The translations under genes were made by a program, and so were the position numbers. From the NCBI GenBank assembly GCA_001001485.1, contig LCKO01000003.1, forward strand, positions 223-64,222: 64,000 nt of DNA. Direction: 5' to 3'. The DNA comes from Candidatus Collierbacteria bacterium GW2011_GWB2_45_17 (lineage in GTDB: Bacteria; Patescibacteriota; Microgenomatia; UBA1400; MFAQ01). Shown here one piece after another: positions 9,979 to 18,434 of the stretch (position 1 is its first letter; each line of letters opens with the position of its first letter). The notes below the pieces were generated by a model that was not told the origin of the DNA, did no database searches, and saw nothing but the letters and a program-made list of their open reading frames with translations.

Positions 9979-11555
9979 AAAAAAACATTATTCATTTCCT
10001 TATTCTGATCACGCTAGTTTTATTCGGATTGTACAATCGTTTACTTTATTTAAAAAATGAAGAGTCTGGTCTTCTAAACCTTAATATAAGAGGAAGTTTT
10101 TCTAACATAACCGCCTCTACTTCAGGTGAATTGTTGGCTGGGGATACTGTTACTGGTATATTTCATTCAAAGTATCCAAACCTAGGAATTATCTCTATCA
10201 GATTTTTCAACATGAACCGAGACAGTAGAGATACTCTATTGTTTCGTGTAAAAGAAGAGGGTCAGAGTAAGTGGTTCTACGAGGCTCTCTACAAAACTGA
10301 TCAGTTTCAACCCCACAAGCTTTTTCCATTTGGCTTTCCGGTTATAAAAGACTCTGCAGGAAGATACTATATATTTGAAATAAAATCTCTGTATGGAGAA
10401 ACGGGGGATGGTATTTTGGTGGATTATCAAACACCAGTTTTTATGGCTAGATCTCAGTTTACCAAAAGAGAGCTCACTGATGACAACAAAACCATGCGTT
10501 ATTTTATATTCAATAAAATTATCAATATTTTCAGTGGATCAGAGGTGATCTCAAATTCTATTTTTTACTTTCTTCCTTCTTTACTGTACATTGTTTATCT
10601 TTGTACTGTCGGGATAAGCTATCAATTTTTGTCACTCTTGACAATGTCGATGGTTTTTTACGATATTTTTTATTTAAAAAAGCAAATATTTATTAACTAC
10701 ATCGCAACAATGCTTCTCTGGTTTCTAGCCTCACTTCGTTTCAAAATATCTTTTAAGGTGTCTATATTTATTTCTATCGGGATTCTTATTCTAATTCCCG
10801 CATCACTTACAATAGACAGTAATATTTATACCGAAAAAACAGCCATATGGGTGAACTTATTTTTATTGTCGGCTATTCTCCAACACATATTTGAAGTGTT
10901 ACGAAAAGACAAAGATACTTTATCCGCGAAGCAGTTCTTTAAAAATATTCTCAACATAAAGTTTGAACCTATTTTTGTAGCTCCCAAGAAAAGATCACCC
11001 GTCGCAAAATTTGTATTTTTCATCTTGTCAACAGTACTGTTAGGATTAGCGTTTTTTAACATTTTCAACAAGTTACCAATGTTTAAATCGTTCTACCCAA
11101 AACACTATGTCGTTGTATTTACAAGCCACTTGGTGCTTCCGCAGATAATTTTAATATTATCCCTGTTTGTTCTGTTTTTAGCCACAAAGAAATATTTCAA
11201 AAATGTATTCTTTGCGGGCATGGTTCTCTCGCTCATATTTTTTATCGGTTCCAGGAAGATCGTAAAAAACTCTTTGTGGTTTGAAAAATCATCCAGGATT
11301 ATTAGTGTAACACCAAGTAAAATTAGCGAAGCCTGGACAGATGTGGTTATAACAGGGAAGAATTTTAGAAACATTCCGTTCGTTGGCAAAATTCAAATTG
11401 ATGGTACTGAGCAGGGTCAATATATGGTTTATTGGTCAGATGAAAAAATTGTCTTCAGAACAAGTCCTGATTTAACACGTTCGGGTGATGTTCAGGTTAT
11501 TCCGCTAAACAGAACCCCCTCGAATAAAGTGCCGTTTGTCTATTCCTACAAATAG
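9975..11555 (+). CDS. Membrane protein with an extracellular beta domain and a C-terminal IPT/TIG-like domain
   Basis: GTG start; multiple TM segments; C-terminal IISVTPS..VVITGKNF..WSDEKIVF..SGDVQV..SNKVPF. Confidence 0.55.
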   Translation: MKKNIIHFLILITLVLFGLYNRLLYLKNEESGLLNLNIRGSFSNITASTSGELLAGDTVTGIFHSKYPNLGIISIRFFNMNRDSRDTLLFRVKEEGQSKWFYEALYKTDQFQPHKLFPFGFPVIKDSAGRYYIFEIKSLYGETGDGILVDYQTPVFMARSQFTKRELTDDNKTMRYFIFNKIINIFSGSEVISNSIFYFLPSLLYIVYLCTVGISYQFLSLLTMSMVFYDIFYLKKQIFINYIATMLLWFLASLRFKISFKVSIFISIGILILIPASLTIDSNIYTEKTAIWVNLFLLSAILQHIFEVLRKDKDTLSAKQFFKNILNIKFEPIFVAPKKRSPVAKFVFFILSTVLLGLAFFNIFNKLPMFKSFYPKHYVVVFTSHLVLPQIILILSLFVLFLATKKYFKNVFFAGMVLSLIFFIGSRKIVKNSLWFEKSSRIISVTPSKISEAWTDVVITGKNFRNIPFVGKIQIDGTEQGQYMVYWSDEKIVFRTSPDLTRSGDVQVIPLNRTPSNKVPFVYSYK

Positions 11556-11569
11556 ACTAAAATATATCT

Positions 11570-13060
11570 GTGGCTTGGATAAAAAAAAATATTTGGGGAA
11601 TAATACTTGTTTTTTGCATGGTTCTAGTCGGTCTGATTTTCCGCCTTAGGGGTATCAGCACAGATCACTCCTTCTGGTCTGACGAGGCGTATATCTCCGG
11701 CATCAGTAAGGATATCTTTGCCGGCAAGGTTTCTTTTATCGATGGCTTAATGGGTCTACGTTATCAGCTTTTTCAAGTGCTAACTCTTTTAGGATCCTTC
11801 CAGCTTTTCGGAGTTACCGAGTGGGCCGCTAGGCTTCCAGGTGTTATCTGGGGAACTCTAGGAATCCTGGGCACATTTCTCGTTACCAAAAAATATTCAA
11901 ACCACTGGGGGGGAATTTTAGCAGCATTCTTATCTGCTTTTTTACAGATAAATCTAGCAAACTCTACTCAGGCTAAACCCTATACTGCCATTCAGACTCT
12001 TTTTCTTTTTACTATTTTCGGCTGCAATCTGATATCCGAAAAAAATAAGTCGAAAAACACATGGATATATCACACTCTAATTCTATTTGGAGCAGTTATG
12101 GCTGCTCTGTACCACACCCTGGGTATCATCTGCTTGGTCTATTATCTTGTATATCAGCTTCCGAGTCTATATAGACTGTCCTCTAGGATTCCTAAAATAT
12201 TTTTGTACCCAGCCATAGTAATTGTGGCATTGGGTGTGTTTTATTTTCTTCAGATCGACATCATTATTTCACTTTTCTTCAGACCGCTACTAAATAATTT
12301 CACTTATTTTAGAGAGCTTCTCTGGAGGCAGTACGGATTTCTTACCCTGCCTTCATTATTTGGACTTCTGCTCATTCAAGATCGAAAAGCCAGGATTGGA
12401 TTGGGCCTTTCACTTCTACCCATTCTATTCATGTGGATTTTTCTCCAAGAAAGCAAAAATATTCGGTACCTACTCCCTCTCTTTGCGCTGATACCGGTTG
12501 GTTTTGGAATTTTTTGGGCTAGAGTGGGGGAGAGTCTTTACAAAAATTCCGCTCTGGTCTGTATCTCCATAATGATTCTCATTTTTGCTGGTGGATACAA
12601 AATTGTACGTAAACCAGCTGTATATTACTCACCCAATGCAGACTTCTTTGCTGATGTGCAGAACGCAGACTATAAATCATTCTATGCGCAGATTTATGAA
12701 AAATATCCGGATTTCGATAGTATTCCTTACTTCACTAATGGTTTTGATCACGGATCTTGGTATACCTCTCACATCCCGTCAGCCATTTTTATAAAGATCA
12801 ACACACCACCCGTTCAGCACGATTATTACCCCACAATGATGTATCCGAACTTAAACTACTTTTTATCTGAGCAAAAAAAATACCCTCGGGGGCTTGTCAT
12901 CGTGGAGGACTGGCAAAGTTTAATGCCCGATGATATCAAGGATTACATCAAGAAAAATTTAAAATTGGAACTTCGTGTGGAGTCCATGCCAGTCTCACCG
13001 GAAGAGAAGTGGCCACTGGAGCTTTATTCCTGGGGCTTTGACGCAAAAAAAACAAAATGA
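11570..13060 (+). CDS. GT-C glycosyltransferase (ArnT/PMT-like, GT39/83)
   Basis: SFWSDE motif after TM1, EWAARLP, many TM helices. Confidence 0.8.
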   Translation: MAWIKKNIWGIILVFCMVLVGLIFRLRGISTDHSFWSDEAYISGISKDIFAGKVSFIDGLMGLRYQLFQVLTLLGSFQLFGVTEWAARLPGVIWGTLGILGTFLVTKKYSNHWGGILAAFLSAFLQINLANSTQAKPYTAIQTLFLFTIFGCNLISEKNKSKNTWIYHTLILFGAVMAALYHTLGIICLVYYLVYQLPSLYRLSSRIPKIFLYPAIVIVALGVFYFLQIDIIISLFFRPLLNNFTYFRELLWRQYGFLTLPSLFGLLLIQDRKARIGLGLSLLPILFMWIFLQESKNIRYLLPLFALIPVGFGIFWARVGESLYKNSALVCISIMILIFAGGYKIVRKPAVYYSPNADFFADVQNADYKSFYAQIYEKYPDFDSIPYFTNGFDHGSWYTSHIPSAIFIKINTPPVQHDYYPTMMYPNLNYFLSEQKKYPRGLVIVEDWQSLMPDDIKDYIKKNLKLELRVESMPVSPEEKWPLELYSWGFDAKKTK

Positions 13061-13875
13061 AAGTCTCTGTCGTTATTCCCACCTACAACCGTCCCGGACT
13101 AGCCCTTAACCTTGCCCGGCAAATAAGAAAACACGCGGCCGGTGTCGAGATCATCATTGTTGATCAAAGTGAAAAAAAAGAAGACCCCCAAAAAATAAGA
13201 GAGTCCTCCCTTAAATATATCCTGAACTCCAGAGTAAACACTTCGATTGCCAAGAATATTGGATTCAAAGAAACCACCGGGGATATCGTAATTTTCTTTG
13301 ACGATGACGTGGAGATTACCCCAACTACGATAAAAGCCCATCTGGAAGAGTACGGTGACCGCGGAGTTCTCGGAGTCGCCGGTCGGGTTATCAACGATGG
13401 AGAGCCGATTCCGTCTAAAACAAATATCGAAACTGGCAGAACCAATAAATATTTAACTGCCTTCACCGGAAATTTCTGGGGAACCAGTGAACAAACCGTT
13501 CAGTTCCCATACGGGTGCAATATGTCCTTTCGCCGAACCATCTTTGAAGAATTTGACGGCTTTGATGAGAAAATCTTACCCCCCGGTTTTGAGGAATACG
13601 ATCTTGGTTTGAGAATTACTCGTTTAGGAAAAATGGTATTCTCCCCAGAGGCACTGGTATTTCATCACAAAGCTCCCTCGGGTGGAACCAGGACAAATAA
13701 AGACATCTGGTTCAGGAACTACTATTGGAATTACGGTCGTCTTGTCAGGAAACACGTACCGCTTCCTTTTTCCATTGCCTCTCTTCTGCGCCTATCAGCG
13801 AGGATATTCAAAGAATACCCTCCGGCTATATTTTCCTTTTTCAATGGTTTTGCATCCGGATCAAGCACTGTGTAA
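13057..13875 (+). CDS. Glycosyltransferase family 2
   Basis: VSVVIPTYNR, FFDDD, GCNMSFRR..GFDE..EEYDL. Confidence 0.92.
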   Translation: MKVSVVIPTYNRPGLALNLARQIRKHAAGVEIIIVDQSEKKEDPQKIRESSLKYILNSRVNTSIAKNIGFKETTGDIVIFFDDDVEITPTTIKAHLEEYGDRGVLGVAGRVINDGEPIPSKTNIETGRTNKYLTAFTGNFWGTSEQTVQFPYGCNMSFRRTIFEEFDGFDEKILPPGFEEYDLGLRITRLGKMVFSPEALVFHHKAPSGGTRTNKDIWFRNYYWNYGRLVRKHVPLPFSIASLLRLSARIFKEYPPAIFSFFNGFASGSSTV

Positions 13876-13915
13876 AATTGAATGGTGAAGTCAAATCAAC
13901 GTATATCTAGAGGCT

Positions 13916-13936
13916 CTTCAAGGCCTGGCCTTGAAG
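13916..13936. repeat. REP-like palindrome, family A, copy 1 (CTTCAAGGCC-T-GGCCTTGAAG)
   Basis: Perfect 10-bp inverted repeat around a single central base, intergenic; related copies at 15290, 17747, 31184 and 31216. Confidence 0.85.
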
Positions 13937-13948
13937 GTTAATGTGACT

Positions 13949-13978
13949 TTGACATTCGGGTAATGTTAGTTATATACT
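13949..13978 (+). promoter_or_regulatory. Sigma70-type promoter for the rhuM-like gene
   Basis: TTGACA (13949) - 18 nt - TATACT (13973). Confidence 0.6.
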
Positions 13979-13988
13979 AAATTTGGAA

Positions 13989-14999
13989 ATGGCAAAAATA
14001 CCTGACAACCAAATCTCTTTTTATCAGTCTGTGGACGGCTCAATAAATATCGAGGTCATGTTTGCGGAAGAAAATGTCTGGCTAACTCAGAAAAAAATGG
14101 CCGAGCTTTTTGGGGTCGATAGGAGCGTTGTTACCAAGCATTTGCAAAACATTTATGAAGAGGGTGAGCTAGATGAAGAATCAACCTGTGCAAAAAATGC
14201 ACAAGTTCAAACTGAGGGAGCGCGGGACGTTAAGCGAAGCACAAAAATGTATTCCTTGGAAGCTATTATCGCCGTTGGTTATCGTGTAAATTCTGAACGT
14301 GGGACCGAGTTTCGTCAGTGGGCAACTGGGATTTTGAAGAGTTATATTCACAAAGGATACGCTCTAGATATTAATCGCATGAAATACGGATCTCGTTTCA
14401 GCGCAAGATATTTTGACGAACTATACGAGGAAATTAAGGATATTCGCACCAGCGAACGGATGATTTACCAGAAAATAACTGATATTTATGCGACAGCCCT
14501 AGATTACTCCCCCAAGGCATTTGAGAGCAAACAATTCTTCGCCACCGTACAAAACAGGCTTCACTTCGCCATTACCGGAAAAACCGCAGCTGAAATTATC
14601 GTAGGCAGGGTTAATAGTAAAAAAGATAAACTGGGGCTGACATCATGGAGACGCTCTCCAGAAGGAAAAATAATGCCGAGTGATACCGTAATAGCCAAAA
14701 ACTATCTTGATAAAAGAGAATTGGGACATCTGAATATGATCGGAAACATGTACTTGGATTATGCTGAGATTCAAGCAGCCCGTGGGAAAGCCATGACCAT
14801 GCAAGACTGGGCAGAGAAGCTTAATGCTTTTCTAAAGTTTAGTGAATACGAAATTTTGACAAACGCCGGTAAAATTAGTCATGAAGTTGCTGAAGAGCTT
14901 GCTCTTAAAGAATATGAAAAGTTCAGAGTCGAGCAGGATAAAAACTATATTTCTGACTTTGACCTGATTGTCAAAAAACTTCTTCCAAAATCTAAATAA
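13989..14999 (+). CDS. RhuM family protein (no Fic domain)
   Basis: WLTQKKMAELFGV, YSLEAIIAVGYRVNS..FRQWAT, FATVQNRLHFAITGKTAAE, AKNYL; ATG 13989 preferred to TTG 13983. Confidence 0.9.
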   Translation: MAKIPDNQISFYQSVDGSINIEVMFAEENVWLTQKKMAELFGVDRSVVTKHLQNIYEEGELDEESTCAKNAQVQTEGARDVKRSTKMYSLEAIIAVGYRVNSERGTEFRQWATGILKSYIHKGYALDINRMKYGSRFSARYFDELYEEIKDIRTSERMIYQKITDIYATALDYSPKAFESKQFFATVQNRLHFAITGKTAAEIIVGRVNSKKDKLGLTSWRRSPEGKIMPSDTVIAKNYLDKRELGHLNMIGNMYLDYAEIQAARGKAMTMQDWAEKLNAFLKFSEYEILTNAGKISHEVAEELALKEYEKFRVEQDKNYISDFDLIVKKLLPKSK

Positions 15000-15017
15000 A
15001 GGTAGGGTGTTCAGGGA

Positions 15018-15067
15018 TGGATCTCCCTCATCAGATCGGGACTTACAGCCCACTTCGCGAGGATGAC
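15018..15067 (-). repeat. GTCAT-type short palindromic element with a probable nested insert
   Basis: Minus strand reads GTCATCCTCGCGAAG-tgggctgtaagtcccgatctgatga-GGGAGATCCA; same GTCAT...ATCC ends as the elements at 23712 and 56396. Confidence 0.55.
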
Positions 15068-15086
15068 AATATGGCATAATCAATTT

Positions 15087-15284
15087 GTGAGGATAAAACC
15101 TGCAAACTCTCTCAAAATATTTCTTTTTGCCTTTTTCGTCACTACTTACGTACTCCTTTTATCTTTTTATGTTTCACACCGGGACCAAACGTACACGGCC
15201 GTCAGTCCGGTTACTCTGGCCGAGCCGGCTAAATCGACCGAGAAAGTGATCAGGGTCATCGATGGAGACACTTTTGAAATAGAA
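15087..15284 (+). pseudogene. Truncated thermonuclease paralogue (N-terminal fragment)
   Basis: KPANSLKIFLFAFF..STEKVIRVIDGDTFEIE aligns by eye with KPANFLKIFFFAFF..STEKVSRVVDGDTLEIE of 17804..18349; homology stops 5 nt before the palindrome at 15290; the frame stops at 15338. Confidence 0.85.
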
Positions 15285-15289
15285 TGTGT

Positions 15290-15312
15290 CCTGCAGGGCC
15301 TGGCCCTGCAGG
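15290..15312. repeat. REP-like palindrome, family A, copy 2 (CCTGCAGGGCC-T-GGCCCTGCAGG)
   Basis: Perfect 11-bp inverted repeat with compensatory changes relative to copy 1. Confidence 0.85.
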
Positions 15313-15421
15313 TGAAATACTCAAGATTCTATGGCTAATCTTACAAACAAATTCAGCTGGATCGGACAGTTCTCATAGTTTTACCAATGATTTATTGATA
15401 TCTTTGCAAGGAATGAAAAAG

Positions 15422-15448
15422 GAACGTGTAAGGAATCCTTACATGTTC
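15422..15448. repeat. Palindrome GAACGTGTAAGGA-A-TCCTTACATGTTC
   Basis: 13-bp arms with one G:T pair, downstream of the minus-strand gene ending at 15467; REP-like element or terminator. Confidence 0.65.
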
Positions 15449-15466
15449 AAAAAGAAGAGATGCGGA

Positions 15467-16333
15467 CTAAAGTTCCACGGGTGACTTGCCCTTGAGTTTT
15501 TTGTGCGGAAAGTGATTCCATATGTCACCAAAAAGCTGGTAATGTTTGAATAAGACCTTCTCCGGTATCCCCATTTTGATTAGGTCGGTATAAAAATCGG
15601 CTTCGTTATGATTGTAGTTTTCAACAAAAACAAAATGGACGACATCATCGAAGGTGGGGGTGAATCCATGACGACTCGCCAAGAGTGAGTATCGTTTTTG
15701 GATCTTCTGGCGAGATATTTCCAGCTCTTGAGGGTTTTGGGGCAGATCCTCAAAGGGATCTTTTTCTTTCCTCTTGGTCATCAGTAAGTCGAGGGCCATC
15801 TTGGCGGTAAATTCAGCCCCCCCATTTTCTTTCAAAAAGATTTTTCTTGCTCTCGGAGTGTTGGTGATCGGAAAAAACGAAGGATTGCCCCCAACAAATA
15901 TCCGTCTACCATCCACTATTGCCGTCCTATTCCAGAAACTTCCCTTCCCGGGAAAGTTCGAGGAGAGGGCTTTGTCAAAAACCTTATAGGTATCCCCGTT
16001 GTACAAGCCGTAGACGGTGACATATTGTCCACGTTTACTTTCGATTTCAAACATCTGGAAAGTTTGGGTCTTAATTATTTGTTCCAGTTCGGCTAGTTGG
16101 TCCGCCGGTAGCGCGTCCGGGTTCTTGAGGTAGTACTCCGTTACCCAGTTTCTCGACTCCTTTACCTTGAAGTCGAAGATAAGCCATTCATTGAATAATG
16201 AAGAAATCTGTTCAAAATTGGGCGAACTTTGATCAACGTGCCGCTCGCCAAAAAACTCAGCCACCGCCCGTTTCATTAAACGCTGATCGCGATTGGCATA
16301 AATGACAACTTTACCCAGCCTTATCTTGAGCAT
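15467..16333 (-). CDS. Hypothetical protein
   Basis: 288-aa ORF; FNEWLIFDF motif; C-terminal WNHFPHKKLKGKSPVE resembles the W..P...L.G.SP.E pattern of Xre/MbcA/ParS-like C-terminal domains. Confidence 0.7.
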   Translation of the reverse strand: MLKIRLGKVVIYANRDQRLMKRAVAEFFGERHVDQSSPNFEQISSLFNEWLIFDFKVKESRNWVTEYYLKNPDALPADQLAELEQIIKTQTFQMFEIESKRGQYVTVYGLYNGDTYKVFDKALSSNFPGKGSFWNRTAIVDGRRIFVGGNPSFFPITNTPRARKIFLKENGGAEFTAKMALDLLMTKRKEKDPFEDLPQNPQELEISRQKIQKRYSLLASRHGFTPTFDDVVHFVFVENYNHNEADFYTDLIKMGIPEKVLFKHYQLFGDIWNHFPHKKLKGKSPVEL

Positions 16334-16382
16334 AATCTATAATTATAGTCCACGCAAGACTGGGGTTGGTGAATTTCATTAC

Positions 16383-16450
16383 TCTTCACCCACAATGAAG
16401 ACTAATGTCGAGATGTCTTCGTTGTCAGTGAAGACTACTTATGGTATGAT
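16383..16450 (+). promoter_or_regulatory. Promoter with two TCTTC-N9-GAAGA operator-like inverted repeats
   Basis: IRs at 16383-16401 and 16416-16434; TTGTCA (16422) - 17 nt - TG-G-TATGAT (16445). Confidence 0.65.
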
Positions 16451-16460
16451 ATATGTACAT

Positions 16461-17735
16461 ATGCTACAAAATGTAGACCTCAAAACCGTTCTGGCAGAAC
16501 AACAAAAATTCTTTGAGAAGAAGTCTTTGGGAGTAGAGAGAGATCAACTTACCAAGATTTCAAAACTGGTTAAGGCTCCTTTTGCTGTGGTAATCACTGG
16601 ATTAAGAAGGTGTGGAAAATCTACCTTGCTAGCGCAAATCGAAAATAAATATCACAAAGGAAGGGGGTTCTTTGTCAATTTTGAGGACGAAAGGCTCACG
16701 GGCTTTGAGTCAGAAGATTTCAACAATCTTCATTCTGATCTTGCTGAACTTTTTGGAGAAAAAAAAGTATTTTTTTTAGATGAAATCCAAAATGTTTCGG
16801 GATGGGAAAGGTGGGTTAGAAGAATGATTGACGACGGATACAAAATTTATATTACAGGTTCGAACGCTTCACTGCTTAGCCAAGAGTTGGGATCAAGGCT
16901 CACGGGCAGGCACGTAACCGTTGAAATATTTCCCTTCTCTTTCAAAGAGTATCTAATGATGATAAAAAGAAAATATAAAATAGGCAAACAAGCGACCACT
17001 CTAATAACAGCCAGGCACCGGAGCTGGCTGAAGCTATTTTTGTTATCTGGAGGAATTCCAGATGCTGTTTCACAACCATCAATTCAGTGGCTTAAAATTT
17101 TGTACGACGACGTGATGTATCGAGATATTGCCGCTAGATATAAAATCGAATCTCTCAGTAGTTTGAAGGCTTTAGGGTATTATCTCATGTCGAATATAGC
17201 TGAGCTGACTTCATATAATAAGCTGAAACAGCTACTTTTCGTTTCAAGCCAAAACACTGTCAAGGACTATGTAACTTATATGAATAATGCCTATCTAATT
17301 TTTCCTCTCAGCGTATTTTCATACTCGGTCAAGAGACAGTTGATCGCACCCAAAAAGATATATGCTGTCGACACTGGTCTGGCCAGAAGTGTTTCTCAGT
17401 CAACCCTGGAAAACACCGGCGAGCTGTTGGAAAACGCGGTTTTTCTGGAACTAAAAAGACGGTACGGGAATAACGTATATTACTACAAGTCCGAAGCTAA
17501 TCTTGAAGTTGATTTTTATATACCATCCGCAAAACTGTTGATTCAAGTTTGCGAAAAACTAGATTCACCAGACACCATTGGTCGAGAGGTCAAGGGCTTA
17601 AATTCGGCCATCGCAGAGACACCCAGGGGGACAAGAGGGATAATACTGTCCTCTTCGTTTGTGGCGTCTAATATGTCTGAATATCCGACATTCCAAGTTG
17701 CCGACTGGTTGTACGACTCCAAGAATATGGCATAA
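16461..17735 (+). CDS. AAA+ ATPase (AAA_14 + DUF4143 type)
   Basis: GLRRCGKST Walker A, FFLDEIQ Walker B, ITGSNASLL..LTGR, KKIYAVDTGL, LLENAV, EVDF; start ATG 16461 just after the promoter. Confidence 0.9.
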   Translation: MLQNVDLKTVLAEQQKFFEKKSLGVERDQLTKISKLVKAPFAVVITGLRRCGKSTLLAQIENKYHKGRGFFVNFEDERLTGFESEDFNNLHSDLAELFGEKKVFFLDEIQNVSGWERWVRRMIDDGYKIYITGSNASLLSQELGSRLTGRHVTVEIFPFSFKEYLMMIKRKYKIGKQATTLITARHRSWLKLFLLSGGIPDAVSQPSIQWLKILYDDVMYRDIAARYKIESLSSLKALGYYLMSNIAELTSYNKLKQLLFVSSQNTVKDYVTYMNNAYLIFPLSVFSYSVKRQLIAPKKIYAVDTGLARSVSQSTLENTGELLENAVFLELKRRYGNNVYYYKSEANLEVDFYIPSAKLLIQVCEKLDSPDTIGREVKGLNSAIAETPRGTRGIILSSSFVASNMSEYPTFQVADWLYDSKNMA

Positions 17736-17746
17736 AATAAAAGGGT

Positions 17747-17769
17747 CTTGCAAAGCCTGGCCTTGAAGG
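17747..17769. repeat. REP-like palindrome, family A, copy 3 (degenerate: CTTGCAAAGCC-T-GGCCTTGAAGG)
   Basis: Right arm identical to copy 1; starts 12 nt after the ATPase stop. Confidence 0.75.
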
Positions 17770-17803
17770 CTAAGGCCATTCGTGTCTGTGTCATAATTGA
17801 TCT

Positions 17804-18349
17804 GTGGCAGACAAACCTGCAAATTTTCTCAAAATATTTTTCTTTGCCTTTTTCATTGGGACCTATCTCTATTTTCTAGGATTTTACCTTACTCGTTCCA
17901 GCCCTTCTTTCGCACCAGCCACTAGCAACTTCGCACAAATCACCGACACCGTCGCCACGTCTACCGAGAAAGTTTCCCGCGTCGTCGATGGCGACACTTT
18001 AGAGATCGAGGGAGGGGTCAAAGTCCGTCTCATCGGTATCGATACTCCGGAGATGAAAAATAAAAATAAAACCATCGACTGTTTTGCCGCTGAAGCCAAG
18101 AAGAAGGCGGAAGGTCTTCTGATGAACAAAGATGTCGTCCTGGAGAAAGACGTTTCGGAAACAGACAGATATGGAAGACTTCTTCGTTATGTCTATCTGG
18201 ATGGTGAAATGATCAACGATAAGTTGGTAAAGGAAGGCTACGCCAAGATGGCCACTTTTCCCCCGGATGTTAAAAACGCCAAAGTTTTCCTCGCCAGTGA
18301 GAAATTTGCTCGAGAAAACCAATCCGGCCTCTGGCAGGCGTGTAAATAG
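17804..18349 (+). CDS. Thermonuclease (SNase-like) family protein with N-terminal membrane anchor
   Basis: RVVDGDT, VRLIGIDTPE, DRYGRLLRYV, INDKLVKEGYA, GLW. Confidence 0.93.
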   Translation: MADKPANFLKIFFFAFFIGTYLYFLGFYLTRSSPSFAPATSNFAQITDTVATSTEKVSRVVDGDTLEIEGGVKVRLIGIDTPEMKNKNKTIDCFAAEAKKKAEGLLMNKDVVLEKDVSETDRYGRLLRYVYLDGEMINDKLVKEGYAKMATFPPDVKNAKVFLASEKFARENQSGLWQACK

Positions 18350-18363
18350 GCAATGCGGTAAAT

Positions 18364-18417
18364 TTGACCAGAGGAGTAATTAATGATATATTCAATGTAG
18401 TTCCTAAAAAGCGGAAC
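18364..18417 (+). promoter_or_regulatory. Promoter and inverted-repeat operator of the AbiE operon
   Basis: TTGACC (18364) - 17 nt - TATATT (18387) with TG extension; GTTCC-N8-GGAAC at 18400-18417. Confidence 0.6.
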
Positions 18418-18434
18418 AAAATTGATTACAACCC

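Noticed and set aside
13888-13949. Extended hairpin with AAC..GTT pairing (AAGTCAAATCAAC / GTTAATGTGACTT) resembling an integron attC site
   Set aside because: Poor fit to RYYYAAC/GTTRRRY, no L boxes, not repeated at the other palindromes, and no integron integrase in the window
15284-15484. 66-aa ORF MCPAGPGPAG..
   Set aside because: It is mostly a translation of two palindromes and spacer, with no recognisable domain
16302-16460. N-terminal extension of the ATPase ORF
   Set aside because: It overlaps the divergent gene and contains the promoter and operators; ATG 16461 is the better start
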